A DNA stretch of 64,000 bases, taken from assembly GCF_016432865.1 (NCBI RefSeq), contig NC_067403.1, positions 247,814,001-247,878,000 of the forward strand, read 5' to 3'. The DNA is from Antechinus flavipes. Lineage: Eukaryota. Below the pieces are notes generated by a model that was given only the letters and a program-made list of their open reading frames with translations, ran no database searches and had not been told where the DNA came from. Made by a program: the position numbers and the translations under genes. Below are positions 35,925 to 49,821 of this stretch, piece by piece; position 1 is the first letter of the stretch; every line of letters begins with the position of its first letter.

Positions 35925-36410
35925 GTGGGAGTTAATGCCCAAAGAGCAACAAAACTGTGCATATATATCCTTTGATCCAACAGTGCCATTACTGGATCTG
36001 TATCCCAAGGAAATCATAAAGGAGGGAAAAGGACCTACATGTGCAAAAATATTTGTAGCAGCTCTTTTTGTATTATCAAAGAATTGGAAAAAGAAGAGAT
36101 GCCCATCGATTGAGGAATGGTTGAATAAGCTGTGATAATGAAGATAATGGAATATTATTGTTCTATAAAAAATGATGAACTAACTGATTTTAGAAAGGCC
36201 TGAAAAGAGTTACATGAATTGATACTAAAAGAAACAAGCAGAACCAGGAATACATTGTACACAATAACAGCGAGAATATGCAATGATCAACTATAAGATT
36301 CTTGGTCCTTCTCAGTGGTTCAGTTATTCAAAGCAATCCCAATAAACTTTGGATAGAAAAGACCATCTTGCATTCAGAGAGAGAACTATGGAAACTAAAT
36401 ATAGATCAAC
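35925..36410 (+). mobile_element. L1 fragment: ORF2 C-terminus and 3'UTR
   Basis: Peptide SFDPTVPLLDLYPKEIIKEGKGPTCAKIFVAALFV...CPSIEEWLNKL is typical of the L1 ORF2 end. Confidence 0.9.
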
Positions 36411-36411
36411 A

Positions 36412-36431
36412 GGGAGAGGGGGGGAGGGAGG

Positions 36432-36500
<69 letters not shown>
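36412..36500 (+). repeat. (GGA)/(GA)n microsatellite at the end of the L1 fragment
   Basis: Direct reading. Confidence 0.95.
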
Positions 36501-36501
<1 letters not shown>

Positions 36502-38224
36502 AAACACAAACACTATCTAGAATCATTGATGAGTCAGTTATAAAGCTTTTTATCTCTTCTGGGATGCCTATAGGAGCATGTGGCATCTGACTTGCATACC
36601 CCAAGTAACCATCAAACTATACCTGAAGTCAAGATTTCTTTAAATCCCAGGAAAGGGAGTTGGCAAACCTAATATGTAGCTTCTGGAATAAAAGGTTCCT
36701 GTCAAGACTGTGTTTATTCCGCATGGCATACTAGATATAATGCTTAACTTGGACCCTGCAATAAATGGATTTAAATACAGCTTCTGTCACCTACTGTGTC
36801 ACCAGGGATAGGTCGTTCAACATCCCTTTGCCTCAAGTTTCTCAGGATTAAAATAGGAATAACAATATCCATAGTATTTACCTTATATGGTTGTTATTAA
36901 GCTTAAATGAAAGGATGCATGAAAAATACTTTGAATGCCTTAAATGACTATGTATTTGTGTATGTAATAGATTTTTGGAGAATTAGCCATGTGACTCTCA
37001 AAAAGTAATTTAACCCTTTCTAACCTCAGTTTCTTTATCTTTACATTGGGGGCTGGGGGGAGAGAGACAATTGGACTTGATCGTCTCTAAGGTACCTTGT
37101 AGCTATAAATATTGATTCTATGAAATGATAACAGTATCTTCTATCTAACAATATCTATTAAATAAAGGTTAGATATTATTTGTCCTATTCAAGAATGGTG
37201 CATTCAAAGGCACTTTAGGTCTGCTTTCTCTAGGCTGATACAAAACTCTCATTTTGTTTAAAACCCTACTGATACTAATTCTCTGGGCTGTCTAAACCAG
37301 GTGGAAAAAGTCTAGGCTGGGATGCTTATCTGGCACCAATTGGCCTGCTTCCAAGTCAGAATTAATATTCAGACTCCAAATGGGAATAAGGCTATAATAT
37401 TCATATTAACATAGGGTTTAAAGCTGAAAGGTGGCCTCAGAGATTACTTACTGCAAACTCATCATTTTCATGTGGAGAAACTAGGGTCAGAAAGGGAAAG
37501 TAATTTATTAAAGTTTATCCAAGGAGCAAAAAAGAGAGACAAGATTTGAACTCAGGTCCTAAGCATGCAAAGGCAACTTTTTTTTTTTTGTATTATGCAA
37601 TAACTCTTCTCTAACAGGTATATCTGCTTAACAGTGGATATGATATACATATCCTATGATTATATATATTATAACATAATACTCCTATTAATGTATTACT
37701 ATAATGCTTTAATTATGGCTTTGCTCTTATAAGGGTACTTAGCACAGTGTAAATGTGAATTAAATGTACAGTATAATCAGACTTTTCATTTTGCATTTAT
37801 ATGTGTGTGTATATATATAGCTATAAAAAACATAATGATATGTACCTATATATGTATAAATATGTATGTATATATACATACACACACATATATACATACA
37901 TACATAATATATATAACACATTTCAAATAAAAGAAAAATAAAATTAAACTGCATGCTTCTTAATTATAATGAATATGTTTGGTCCTGTAGAAGAGATAAA
38001 AAAAAGTAACTCCTTTCCTGCATTGTATAGATCCCCACTTCATTAGGAACCAGTTGTCATAGTGGGAAAGCTTAAGTACAGGGCTTTTAGAGTTAACTAG
38101 GACATTGATTATCATACCTTATTGCTAATAATGATGACATGATAGGATTTCTTCACTTAGACACCCTTTAAAAATATGATTATAATTTTGTTTCCCAGAG
38201 AAAAATCTCCAAGATTAAATCTAA

Positions 38225-38670
38225 AACCCTTTACTTGGGCCATTAAAATCCTTCAAGTCTTGCCCACTATTTTTTCAGTCTCCCTATTCTTTACTCTCTT
38301 GCAATGAACTCTTTTGATTCTATGACACTGGCTTCTTTGCTGGTCCTCAAACAAGCTTTTCCCAGCTTTTCCCAGACTGTCCTTCATCGTGGGAATTCTC
38401 TTTTGGTTTATCTCTGCCTCCTTGTTTCCATGGTTTCCTTCCCAGATAAAGTTCCATCTTCTGCAAGAAGTCTTTCCCAATCCCTCTTAATGCAAAGTGC
38501 CTTCACTTGTTGATTAATTTCCAATTTATCCTATAAAAAGCTTATTTATATACACATTTTTGCATGTTTTTCCTCCTTTAGATTGTGAGATCCCTGAGAG
38601 CACAGACTGTATTTTGCCTTTCTTTGTAACCCTAACACTTAGCACAGTGCCTGACACATAATGCTCGTTG
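38225..38670 (+). mobile_element. L2 3' fragment
   Basis: tagattgtgagatccctgagagcacagactg...cttagcacagtgcctgacacata tail. Confidence 0.7.
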
Positions 38671-39069
38671 ATTTGTTTTTGTACTTCTGTCAATGAAAAG
38701 ACCATTATGCACTAAAAATTTTAACTTGACCTGTTTTTATTTACATGGCATTAACCAAGTTGTTTAGAGGTTGGACTAAAGTTTTCTTCATCTTAAAGTC
38801 TGTAATTTGGTTATCCTATGATCTTCAAATGGGCAAGTTCTAGAATAGGGACTACATAAGAGGGATAGTATATTTATAAAAAAGGTTTAGATAGATATTA
38901 AAAAACTCATAACAACTTGACTTAGATGACATATTTGCTCTTTCATTGTAGTTTCAGGCAAAACTGTTGAATAATCAAACAAATAGAAAAGACCTACAAA
39001 GTATAGGAAACTATGTATTAGACTCATGTTTTAAAGAGTTCCATTTCTTTAACTCATGAGACATCCACC

Positions 39070-39992
39070 CTATAGCTTCAGAGTTTCAGAAGCTCCATTG
39101 TGAATCACAGATTTTTTCAGAGCTTCTTTGACATCCTTGTTCCATAGGGAATAAATGAGAGGATTAAGCAGAGGTTTGAAAAAGGTATAAATCAAGGCAA
39201 ACTGCTGGTCCTTGTCCTTTGAGTTGTTCCATCTGGAACAAAAGTAGATCAGGAAATTGCAGCAATATTGTAGTAGGACCACAGTGAAGTAGGAGGAGCA
39301 GGTGGCCTTCTAGCTCCCTTCTGCTGAGTGGTTATGCAAGATAGTGATAGCAATAAAAATAAGAGATGTAGGTAACTAGGAAGCCAATGGTCAACACAAA
39401 GATACCCACCATATGTAGGATAGCCTGGTGTATGTGAGTATCCTTACAACTAACCATAGGAGAGATGGTGTCAAGAGGATGTGATTGATCTCTAGGTGAT
39501 ACATACAGAAGAGAAAGGAGCAAAGGCAAATAGCTAGATCAAGGGCTAACCACCATGTGGAGACACAACTGCTGGATCATGATGAATACATAGTGCAGGA
39601 GATGTCAAATGGCTACATTATGGTCATATGCTATAATAGCCAGCAGGAAGCAATCAATCCCACCAAAGGTGAGAAAAAAATGTCTGGGCTCCACAGCCAG
39701 CCAATGAAGTGAGCTTCTAAGCTCCAAAATTGGAGAGAAGCAAGGGCACAGTAATAGCAGTATAACAGATTTTTAGGGAAGATTAATTGGACAGGAAGAA
39801 GTACATGGAAGTGTGTAGGGAGATGTAGGCCCACACAATCCCAATAATGGTGCTATTACCACAGAGGATCATTATGTAGAGAAGGAAGAAACAGAAAAGG
39901 AAAACCTGGATACTGGGGGAAGTGGTTAAAACTTGGAACACAAACTTGAAGGGACCAGACTAGTTAAAATGGAAAGTATTGGAAGAAGATAT
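39070..39992 (-). pseudogene. Decayed OR10Q-like pseudogene G4
   Basis: Start codon reads ATA (39992-39990). The NQS sequon reads AAC TAG TCT, there is a TAA after MYFFLSN, and there are several frameshifts. The C-terminal frame VLLQY...PLLNPLIYSLWNKDVKEALKKSV is still recognisable. Confidence 0.92.
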
Positions 39993-40925
39993 CTCACCAT
40001 CTTCACTGAGCTTCATGACCAAAGACATATACCATCCAATGGTAAGTGTGTCCAAGGATGACTATGATGGGACAAAAGGGAGTTGCCTCTCAGTAGGGTT
40101 TTTCTTATCTACATTTTCCTAAGTTTCAGAGCAATGAGTCTAGAAGAATTCTTAGGGGATCCACTCAGAAGATCATCCATGAAGAGTTGACGTTTTCCAG
40201 TCTGTTATGTAGGGTGGGACCTCTTCTGTAAAAAGGGTTTTAAATCTAGATTTCAAGGTACATCTTTCTATTCACTGATAACTGAAACTTACCATTTAGC
40301 ATGAGGACAATATTATCTTTTACTTTGCAGTGTTATTTTGAGGATCAAATAAGATAGTATATGTAAGGAGGATTCATCGCATGGAACATACTCAAAATTG
40401 CTCTTCTTGGTTCTAGTTAATTACATGGAACATTTGGGGTCTTCTTCTGCTTGTATGGTGATTATACTCTGAGAGAATTTGGATTTTTTTTATGACAACA
40501 AACCTGTTAAAGTCCTGTTCCTAAAGGTTCAAAATTTATTTCTCTTAATAGAATATTCTTTATCTCTAGGAATCCAGAAACCAGAATTTCTAGTGTCAGT
40601 TCCAGTTGGTACCCAGCTCTAATGAAAGATAAACAGAAAGCACTGTGTGTCATTTTAAAAAGGTTTCAGTCTGCTTATTAAAAAAGTTTGTATTTTAATT
40701 TACATTTGCTTATCTAGGTAGAGAATCACAGAACAAAACAGAACAAAAAAACCAATAGTGACATGGATCTAAACAATCAATAAGCCAGCTGATATGTATT
40801 TATTAAGCACTCCTTATGAAACTGAAGAAACTAAGGAACTATGAATTGTGGGAAATGACACACTGGAGTTATACTTTTTAAGGGCTCTACTTCTTAGCAA
40901 CCATCAAGTCTCCTACCCTCCACCT

Positions 40926-41887
40926 TCACAGATTCTCAAAGGCCGCCTTTTTGCTCATGGCTTTTTTCAGAGCATTTTTGACATCCTTGTTCCTTAAGGT
41001 ATAAATGACGGGATTGAGGAGGGGAGTGACAAAGGTATAGACCAATGCAAGATACCGATCTTCATCTGCAGGAGTGCTTGATGGGGGTCGAAAGTAGACC
41101 AAACTGCAGCAGCCATATTGTAGCAGGACCACAGTGAGATGGAAGAGCAGGTGGAAAAGGCTCGCTGGCGTCCCTCAGCTGAAGGAATGTGCAAGATGGC
41201 GATGGTAATGAAGACATAGGAAATGCAGATGAGTAGGAAAGGGGTGGTCAGCACAAGGATGCTTATCACGTAGAGGACAGCCTGTGGCACACGAGTGTCA
41301 GCACAAGCTAGCTGTAGGACAGGTGGTATATCACAGAAGAAATGGTTGATCTCCAGGAAGCGTCCACAGAAGGGTAGGGTGAAAACCAATGATGTGAGTG
41401 GCAGTGAAAGAAAAAAAGCCAGACCTAGGGGTCCAGCCACCATTTGGGTACACAGCTGTGGGGTCATGATGAGAGTGTATTGTAGGGGATGGCAGATGGC
41501 TACATAACGATCATATGCCATGACAGCCAATAGGAAACAGTCGGTGCTGCCAAGGGTGGCAAAAAAGAACATCTGGGTTGCACAAGCAGTCAATGAGATG
41601 GGTTTCCTTTCCCCCATGATGTTGGAGAGCATCAGAGGTACCAAAGTAGTTGTATAACAGATCTCCAGGAAGGACAGGCTGGACAGGAAGAAGTACATGG
41701 GGGTTTGCAGGGAGATGTTTGTGTACACAGCCCAGATAATGGCAGCATTCCCACAGAGAATCATTACATAGAGAAAAAGGAAGAAGCAGAAGAGGAGAAC
41801 CTGAATTTTGGGGGAAGAAGTGAACACTCTGAATATAAATTCAGTGGGGCCAGATTGGTTGAGATGAATAGTCGCAGGAGAAGACAT
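40926..41887 (-). pseudogene. OR10Q-like G5 with one 1-bp deletion in TM6 (frameshifted, or a sequencing error)
   Basis: 962 nt versus 963 nt in G6/G7. Plus strand reads gagatGGaagag at 41141-41142 where G1/G6/G7 read gagatGGGaagag. The ORF track shows the two halves in different frames. The track start at 41899 is a TTG in the intron; the ATG is at 41887. Confidence 0.85.
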
Positions 41888-42944
41888 GTCACCTATCAAA
41901 GAAAAATAGAAAGTCAGGCCAAGTTCCTGAATTTCCTTAATATCAGCAACTCTTAATGCTATTTCTAGAGAATAGACTGATAGAATCTTGAACTTTCAAT
42001 ATATTAAAGATCCTTTGGCAGAAATAGTTTTAACTCTTTGGTTTTTAATTTCACTGTTTCATGGAGCAAGTAAAATTTCATGATCTCTCTGCTGCCATCT
42101 TTCTCTTTCAGTTTAATAGTGTAAATTATCAGTGCAAAACTCTTTATGCTTATTCTCTCATCCTTGTACTTGAAAAGGCAAGTTGAGTCTTGGGAGGCCA
42201 ATTGACTAGCATTGTGGGGGTAATCCTGAGTGGTTGTAATTTTTAACATCATTTCTCATGGACTCCCAATATGAGAAATCTTCCAATATTACTTAACAAT
42301 GGTTAATTAATTTGCTTTTTCAGAAGTATATGTATTGAGACGGTTTAGAAAAGATAGCAATTAGAAAAAAATGCTTCTTAAACCTAGAAATATATTTTCT
42401 TCTATGTAGTGGAGTCTTGGAAGAGCATAACCTCAAACTTAAAGTGCTTGGTAGGTAATATACCCTTTTAACCTAGGACCATTCTTCCCTAATGCACTCT
42501 TGTTCACAAACACAGAGACATGCATCACACAAACACAAATTATCTACAAGAAAAGCCTCTCTAGGGCTATCAACTCTAACTTCATTGATGAAGGCAATGA
42601 GAAAGTAAATAGAGGGTATAATCACCAAGTGGTACCTTCAGGGCCTAGAAATCTTTTTCTTTACTGGCATAACCACCAATAGTACTTCTGGGAGTGACAT
42701 AATCAATGGACCTTGAACATATTCCCTAGCCCAGTTGGGCCAGCATCTTCCAGGGTCAGGTTTATTGGCTTCTGGACCAAAGCAGTGCTGGCATTGATCA
42801 TGGAAGTCAATTTTTCCTGCTGCCAGATACAGGAATCTCTACTATTGTCACCAGTAGCTCAAGACACTTTAGATGGTTCTTTGGTCTATTTATTTATTTT
42901 TATTATTTTTTTTTCTTCTGATCTTTTGAATTCCACAAGCTTAC

Positions 42945-42979
42945 CACTTGATTCATTCTATCTCCAGTTTAAGATTCAC
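42945..42979 (-). other. Candidate 35-nt 5'UTR micro-exon of G5
   Basis: Acceptor cttttctatgctttcttatttcctcatcgcag. Donor GTG/GTAAGC. Confidence 0.5.
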
Positions 42980-45334
42980 CTGCGATGAGGAAATAAGAAA
43001 GCATAGAAAAGGTACCATGGTACTACAATAAGATCAGATAAACATGCTAAGAATTAAAATATGTAAGAAAAACTCCTACATACAGACTATTGCCATTTGT
43101 GGAGGAACAGACTGTCAAAGAAAATTTGTTCCTTTTGTCCTTTGTTCAAGTGCATTTAATGAGGAGAATCTGTGGCAGGATTTCAGTCTAGCCCTCCAAA
43201 TTGTAAGATGAATAATGTAAACTTTTACTTATTGAGCGAGAAGGTGAAGACATAGAAGAAGGAGCAGAAGTAGAAGGAAAAAAGAATAGATGGAAAAGGA
43301 CGATGGGGAAGTGTGGGGAAAGAAGGAAGAATAGTGGTTAACTATATTCACTGTGGCTCCTTCTCCCAACTGCTTTTCACACTGGAAATTTTGTTCCGAG
43401 GAAGTACCTAATATTTTCCCTCCCAAAGTTTGTAGAAATAGCCCTGAATGGTTGAATTTCTGATAATTTTGTTTTTGAACCACATCCACCAGATTTCCCA
43501 TTGTTAACCAGTCAGTTGAAATTGGTGAGGTTTCACAAAAGTGTGAGAAAGAAGCAAGAGCAAGCAGAGTGGCTCTAAAATAATATCCTCAAGCCAGGAG
43601 ACATTCTTCCCTTTCATACACACAGTGCTTTTGAAGAGTTTAAATTTAATAATAAAAAAGTATTTGTAATAGTTAATGCCTTTATAAATATTATCTCCCT
43701 TTTTCTTCATAAAACCCTAGGTACTATTCTTATCTCCATTTATAGATGGAAAAGAGGCAGGGAGACACTAAGGGACTTGCCTGGATCACATATTCAATAA
43801 GCATCTTGGTTTGGATTTGTGGTCAGATCTTCCTGCCTCCAGATTCAGCACTCCATGCAGTACCCCACCTAGGTATGATACAAAGGTGGCCAAGTACACA
43901 TGGAAAAACACATGAGACTCTGAGGGAAATCTCAACTCCTGGTGCCAGACTCCTTGTGTTCAATTCCAACCTTTCCAGCTCTTGAAGACAGCTGTCACAT
44001 TTAACCAAAGTCATATGTTTTTAGCACATGACTAGGAAATAAAGGCTTGAGTTTTGGATTTTTTTCCTACTTTTTATCATATTGGATAGTTCTTAATAAT
44101 TTAAATAAAATGAGGAGGTTGGAAAAATTGGTCTCTTTCAGTTTTGATCCCTGTGATCTTGTGAGGGCAGAATTTTTTTTTTAATCTAGAAAAGATGGAT
44201 GATCAGCAACATGTATTTGGAAACAAGTAGATCTTTTTTCAATAATGCAAACTTACCCATTAGGACAAATAGACTTGACTTGGCTATGGAAGACATTGCT
44301 ATCCTCTTAGTCATCAGGCTTCCAAAGTAGATTTTTATCAACTACTTATTTTCTCTCATTCTCCATATCCAATCATTTCCCATCTCTCCTCATTTATTCC
44401 TATAGAACATCTATTGCATGTGCCCATGTTTTTCTTCTGACACTGCTACTACTCTGCCCCCACCTCCATATACCTGTAAATTGCAATAACCTTCTAACTG
44501 GTTTTCCTGCCCCAAGTTTCTCCATTCCAACCTCCACTCAGCTGTCAAAGGGATCTTCCTAAAGCACACTTCCAATCATGTCAACTCTTTCCCTTGCACT
44601 CAATCTATTCCACTAACTTTCCGGAATTCAATATGAAATCTCCTTTTTAAAGTCATTGTTATCTTCATCTCTTCTTACATTTCCAATCTTCTTACCCATT
44701 TTACTCTGTCACATATTCTGTGGTGCAGTCACATTGTTCTCATGTTCCTCCCACAAAACACTCTACCTCCCCACTGAGAGCATTTTTGTTAGCTGTCCCC
44801 CAAGTTTGAAATGCTCTCCCCCTCCAAACCTCTGCTTCCTACCTTCTCTGGATTTCATCACATTAAACAACACTGAAGAATTTAATAATGAAACTTGGCT
44901 TCACCTCTCACCTCACATGATAAATAGTTGGTGTGGAATGAGATATATGCTTTCAGACATATAAAATAAAATAAATGGACATTTTGTTTGAGTAAACTAA
45001 GTTATTTCAGGAAGGGTTCTATTGTGGCAAGGTAGGAAATCATTGAGAAATGATAGTGATATGTATAAAAAAGGAATAACCTCAATAAAATTCTTTTGAA
45101 AGAAAATCAAGGTCCCTTACATGTGGTGCTTGAGACATAAAAGGGAAACTATTCAATTTTATTAATTATATAGAGAATCAGAGATAGTCTAAATTTTGAA
45201 AAATTACACTCCAAAATACTGTCCTGCTTCTTTGATCCTCAGAAGTCCTGGGTCAAAATCCTAAATCTGTTCTTAACTAGGACAAATTACTTCTTTTTGA
45301 GCTCCAATAAGTCTTCCTAGGATGTAGGTGAGAC

Positions 45335-46640
45335 ATGACAAGATCTGGAGAAAAGATCAAGAAAATAGAAGAATATTTGGACTAGTAAAAGCTATGATCA
45401 AGGAAAGAACCTTTATAATAATACAAAAAATAATTAAAGAATATTCTTCTGAACAACAGGGAAAAGTAGAAATATAAAGAACCCTTGAAAGAGATCTTGC
45501 AAGGAAAACATACAGAATATCATAGGTAAATTCTGGAATTCTCAGATCAAAGAGAAAATTTTATTTACAATAAAAAATTCAAATATACTAGAGTTACAAT
45601 TAGACTAATACAAGACCTATATGCAGCTACCATAAAAGACTTCAGGTCCTGGAACATTATATATTAAACAAGCAAATGAAATAGGGTTGAGGCCAAAAAT
45701 ATTAACTCCAGGAAAATTATATATAATAATGAAAGACCAAAATGGACATTTATGCAATAGATTTTTCAGGATTTTGTTGCAACCAAATCAGAACTCAATA
45801 GAAAACTTGACATATAATTGGCCAAATTAAAGACTAATTTCAAGGGACTCAGTAAGGTCAACATTTTTATGTTTTATATGTGAAAATGTAAACCATATGA
45901 ATAAGATTGTCATTGATAATTGAGTAGTCCAAAAGTAAAGACCAGGGTAGAGCTGAATAAGATGTGATTCTAAAAAAACCAAAACCATGTAGAAAAAACT
46001 GTAATCATGCTAAGTTCAAAAACAAAAATAAACACAGAGGTATTAAATAAGGGAGGAGGCCTGATAGGTCTGAAATCTTACTGGAATCAGGAATGTGTTA
46101 AAGTAGGAAATATATACCTAGAAGGGTTTAACAGCCTCCAAAAGCTATAAATAAATGAGTGAGAGGGAAAAGGATAAAGCAGGGAAGAGAAGAATATGTA
46201 TTTTATTAGGAGTTGGACAAATATCATCAATGGGAAAGAGATAAAGAGAAAGGGAAAGGGTGAAGGTGGAAGCCAAGGGAGGGATTGTTGAGGTGGTGGC
46301 AGGGAGAGGTAAAGTGATAGCAAGGTAAGTTAATTAGTGGAAGTAAAGTAGAAGAGTTAGCAGAAATAGGAGACAAGAGATAATGCATATATATGTTTAT
46401 GTATATGTGGGCTGATATATATGTATATTTTTGTATGTGCATGTGTATATTTGTATGTGTATGTGTGTTTGTGTCTATATGAGTATCAACATAAATATAT
46501 CCATGATAAAATTTAGTCTGCTTGAGGGAAATAAGGAGAATAAAAAAATAAAAAATGCACAGCAGAGAACACAAAAAAACCTAAGAGGAAGCAAAGGACA
46601 GTTCTGAATGCAATGTGTTCTTTTATTATATATTCTTTCT
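45335..46640 (+). mobile_element. Old L1 fragment (ORF1 C-terminal half and downstream)
   Basis: A-rich degenerate ORF1-like sequence, duplicated at about 53945-55620. Confidence 0.65.
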
Positions 46641-47429
46641 TGAAATAGACATTTACATAGTTTGAAGAGAATTCTGCTGTGTACATAACAATTTTTTTTC
46701 TGTTTTTCTTTTTTTTTTTTGTTTGTTTGTTTTAAAGCCAAAAAAAAAAAAAAAAAAGAAAGAAAGAAAAGAAATGAGATGTCTTAAGGTCTCTTCTAAA
46801 ATCTTTGGATTTCCTGACCTATATTCCATTGATTTTCCCTGATGATAAAGCAACAGATTTATACAAATACCGGGTGTTTGATATGTAGGAAGAATTTAAT
46901 GAATATATGTTGAACAGAGTTGAACTAAAGTAAGCTTCTGGGTTACAAAGATTCCCTGAGTCTGTGCATGTGGTGACTTCAAAGAACTGTGGGGTCTATG
47001 GGATAATTCTTCTTTATATTTAAAGCTCCTCATTTTTGGACTTATTGAAGATTAGGAAGTCATATAAGACAATAAACTGATACCCAGAAATTGTCCAAAG
47101 ACAAAGAAAGGAGAAGGGCCTTTCTACCTTGGACAGCTCTTCTGTGGAGGATTTTGGTAATGTGATCATAAATGGCACATGATGAAAAGGCATCTCTTTC
47201 TGTTTTCAACAGGACATTTGTGGGTAATTCCTTCTTCAGCATGAGGGCAGAGTAAAGCACTTTGGGTTTGCAATCAGAGGATAGGAGTTCAAATCAGAGT
47301 TCTGCGTGATTTTTCTCATTTGCTAATGAAGGGGCTGGACTAGTTGAATTCTTATGTCATTGAGAGCTCTAAATCTATAATTTTATGATTTTATAAGATA
47401 AAAGTTCCTTGAATTATCTTCTGGACAAT

Positions 47430-47720
47430 GTTCTGGGGACTCTGTTTTTAGATCCCTTTAAGAAAAATCAAAATTTTAACCATCTAATGAATTACAAGTG
47501 CCCTCAATCCTGTCCAAAGGGAATCAGCTTCTTCATTAGTCAAGAGAGGTTTGACTATTCACCTTGCTACCTTCTTCCAGACAGCTGGACTAAATATTTA
47601 CTGCTGCCCTGATCTACACAAAATGGTCACAATCACAATCACAATAGGTTGGAGCTTTTACAGGAGCTCTGTTCTGCTTGAAGAACTATCCATTGAGTCC
47701 TTAAGAAATATTTATTGAAT
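47430..47720. promoter_or_regulatory. Module B, copy upstream of G5
   Basis: GGGACTCTG 47436-47444, TAATGA 47485-47490, TCCAAAGGGA 47513-47522, TCATTA 47533-47538, CAGCTG 47582-47587. Confidence 0.45.
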
Positions 47721-48848
47721 GCCTATTACATACTGTGTAACATGTGTAGTGCTGCATGAGATGCAGAGAAAAAGCAGGTTCCTTCCTAAGGACTATGAGA
47801 CATATCATGCATGAATTGGGAGGGACTCTTAGAGGATAGTGATGAAAGGAACACTGGCACATAACCCATGGAATGCATCAGAGCTGAAGTCAGGTCAACA
47901 AGCATTTATTAAGTGCCTACTGTGCACCAAAAATTGCATTATTTGAAAAATAGCTCATACTTCCACATTTTTATAGATGAAAAATAAGGTTTAGAAAAGA
48001 CAAGTGATATACCAATTTGGCAGCAAAGCTGGGTATAGAACTGCAAGGAATTACAGTGAAAGGCTCTTTCATTTATACCAGTCACTGCACATAAATATTA
48101 GTGATTTTCTAAACTTGACGATGCAAGATTAGGATACAGAAAAGAATTTCAGTGTGGCATAATAGAAAGGACTCAGTTCTAGGACTGAGCCCCAGCTTGG
48201 TCATGCTATAACTGTGTGACTTTAGGCAAGTGACTCCATCGTCCTAGACCTCAGTATTCATTTTAGCAAAATGAGAGAGTGATTACCAATGAGCTTGAAG
48301 AAATGTCTTACTTCTAAAATAACAACAAAAACAACTAGCATTTGTATAGCTTTTAGGTTTGCAAAATGATTTGCTATTTAAATGAACTTGATTAATAGAT
48401 GACAGCTATAAAATCATTCTGGCACAGAGATTGAGTAGAAGATGATGATGCCAGAATAGTTTAGTCTAGGGGACAGGATCCTAGATCTGCCACTGGAGGA
48501 TCTTAGTTTCAATCCTAACCTGGCTAAGGAAAGTCACTTCTCTATAAGTCTCTGATTTCTCATAAAATAAAAGACTTGGATTAGATCTATGACTTTTAAT
48601 CTGAACAATTTTTTCACATCTCAATAACATTATTTCAATGTAATTGATTTCTGTTATATTCCTATTGATCTCATTTGTTGAATTTAATGATTCTGAGAAG
48701 TCAGAAGTCCATTAGCTTCAGTAGGCTGCCAAAGGGGTCCGTGAAATCTATGGCTGCAGAATGTCTAAGGGTACCACCCAGCTTTTAAAAAAATATGATG
48801 CTTATCTAGACAACTAAATGAAAATAAAGAAAAAAAGTCATATTCCTT

Positions 48849-49530
48849 ACCACCATCCAATGCTTCTGCCTCCATGAGCCATCTAGCAAAAGGCTCTGAT
48901 CCAAAGACTATCTTGGACATGCAATGCTTTGACCTCAGTCCTTTCCAAAAATACACTGATTTTCTTCAACCTCTTTGTTTTGTGTTCAATGGGATGATGG
49001 CCCATGACTTTCCAAGCAGTAGACTTTACTGGAAAGGAAAGTGTTTCAGTTCTATGCCTTTGCTTTCTGATTTGATTTCTTTCAGAAGGCAAGGAGAGAC
49101 TTAGGTTCCCTTCATTACATGGTGACCTGAGAGAGACAACACTTTTAGTGAATGGAGTTGGTCAGGGATATCACAGAGTCTTCCTAGATGCAGACTAAGC
49201 TGTCTCACAAATTAAAAACCCAAATAAGTACAAGTTTTGCTGTGTCCATTCATAGTGTCACTCTGGCTACTTTGGCAATGTAATTGAGTTTTTTCTTTGA
49301 ATAGTTTCTCATGGGAGTGGTTTGCTGAACTACAGGAGTTTTCCCAATAGTCCCTCTAAGTGAATCCCAGACAAGATTAATGGGCACTGAGATCCTCTCT
49401 GTATGTGATGTGGAACCACTATTGATATCTAGGGACTAATAGGAGGGAGTCTCATTCTTCTATCCTCCCCTTTCTTCCATCAAGGGCTTCCTGAGGCCTG
49501 TTCCAGTTTATCTTAGTAGTGGGAAAACAT
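48849..49530 (-). promoter_or_regulatory. Module A copy 4: putative promoter and exon 1 of G5
   Basis: Donor GTG/GTAAGG (48850-48849), TAATTG 49281-49286, TCTCATGGGA 49307-49316, TAATGG 49378-49383, CTAGGGACTAAT 49429-49440. Confidence 0.62.
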
Positions 49531-49821
49531 GTGTTTATCCCAGCACTGGAAGAGCCCCGTATAGGAGATCAAAAAACTGGGAACAACATTCCAGTTTGGT
49601 CACTGAACAAAGTGTATAGCTCTGGGGTAAGGTACTAAGCTCTTGTGGTTGGATTGCTATGCAGTGGTTCCCATATATGTAGTCCCTCATTTGGCCCTTC
49701 TTCTTTTCAACCAACATTTATTAATCATTTTCATAGCAGAGCCTGATATCATAAAGCTCTGATATTGTCTTCAAGGAGTTTATAGTCTGCTGTCATTCCA
49801 GAATAAGTTCATTTCTTTTTT

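Noticed and set aside
35923-36135. 70-aa ORF as a host gene
   Set aside because: It is the C-terminal remnant of L1 ORF2.
44656-44964. 102-aa and 104-aa (53264-53578) paralogous plus-strand ORFs
   Set aside because: TTG starts within a degenerate L2, with divergent ends; the similarity reflects duplication B only.
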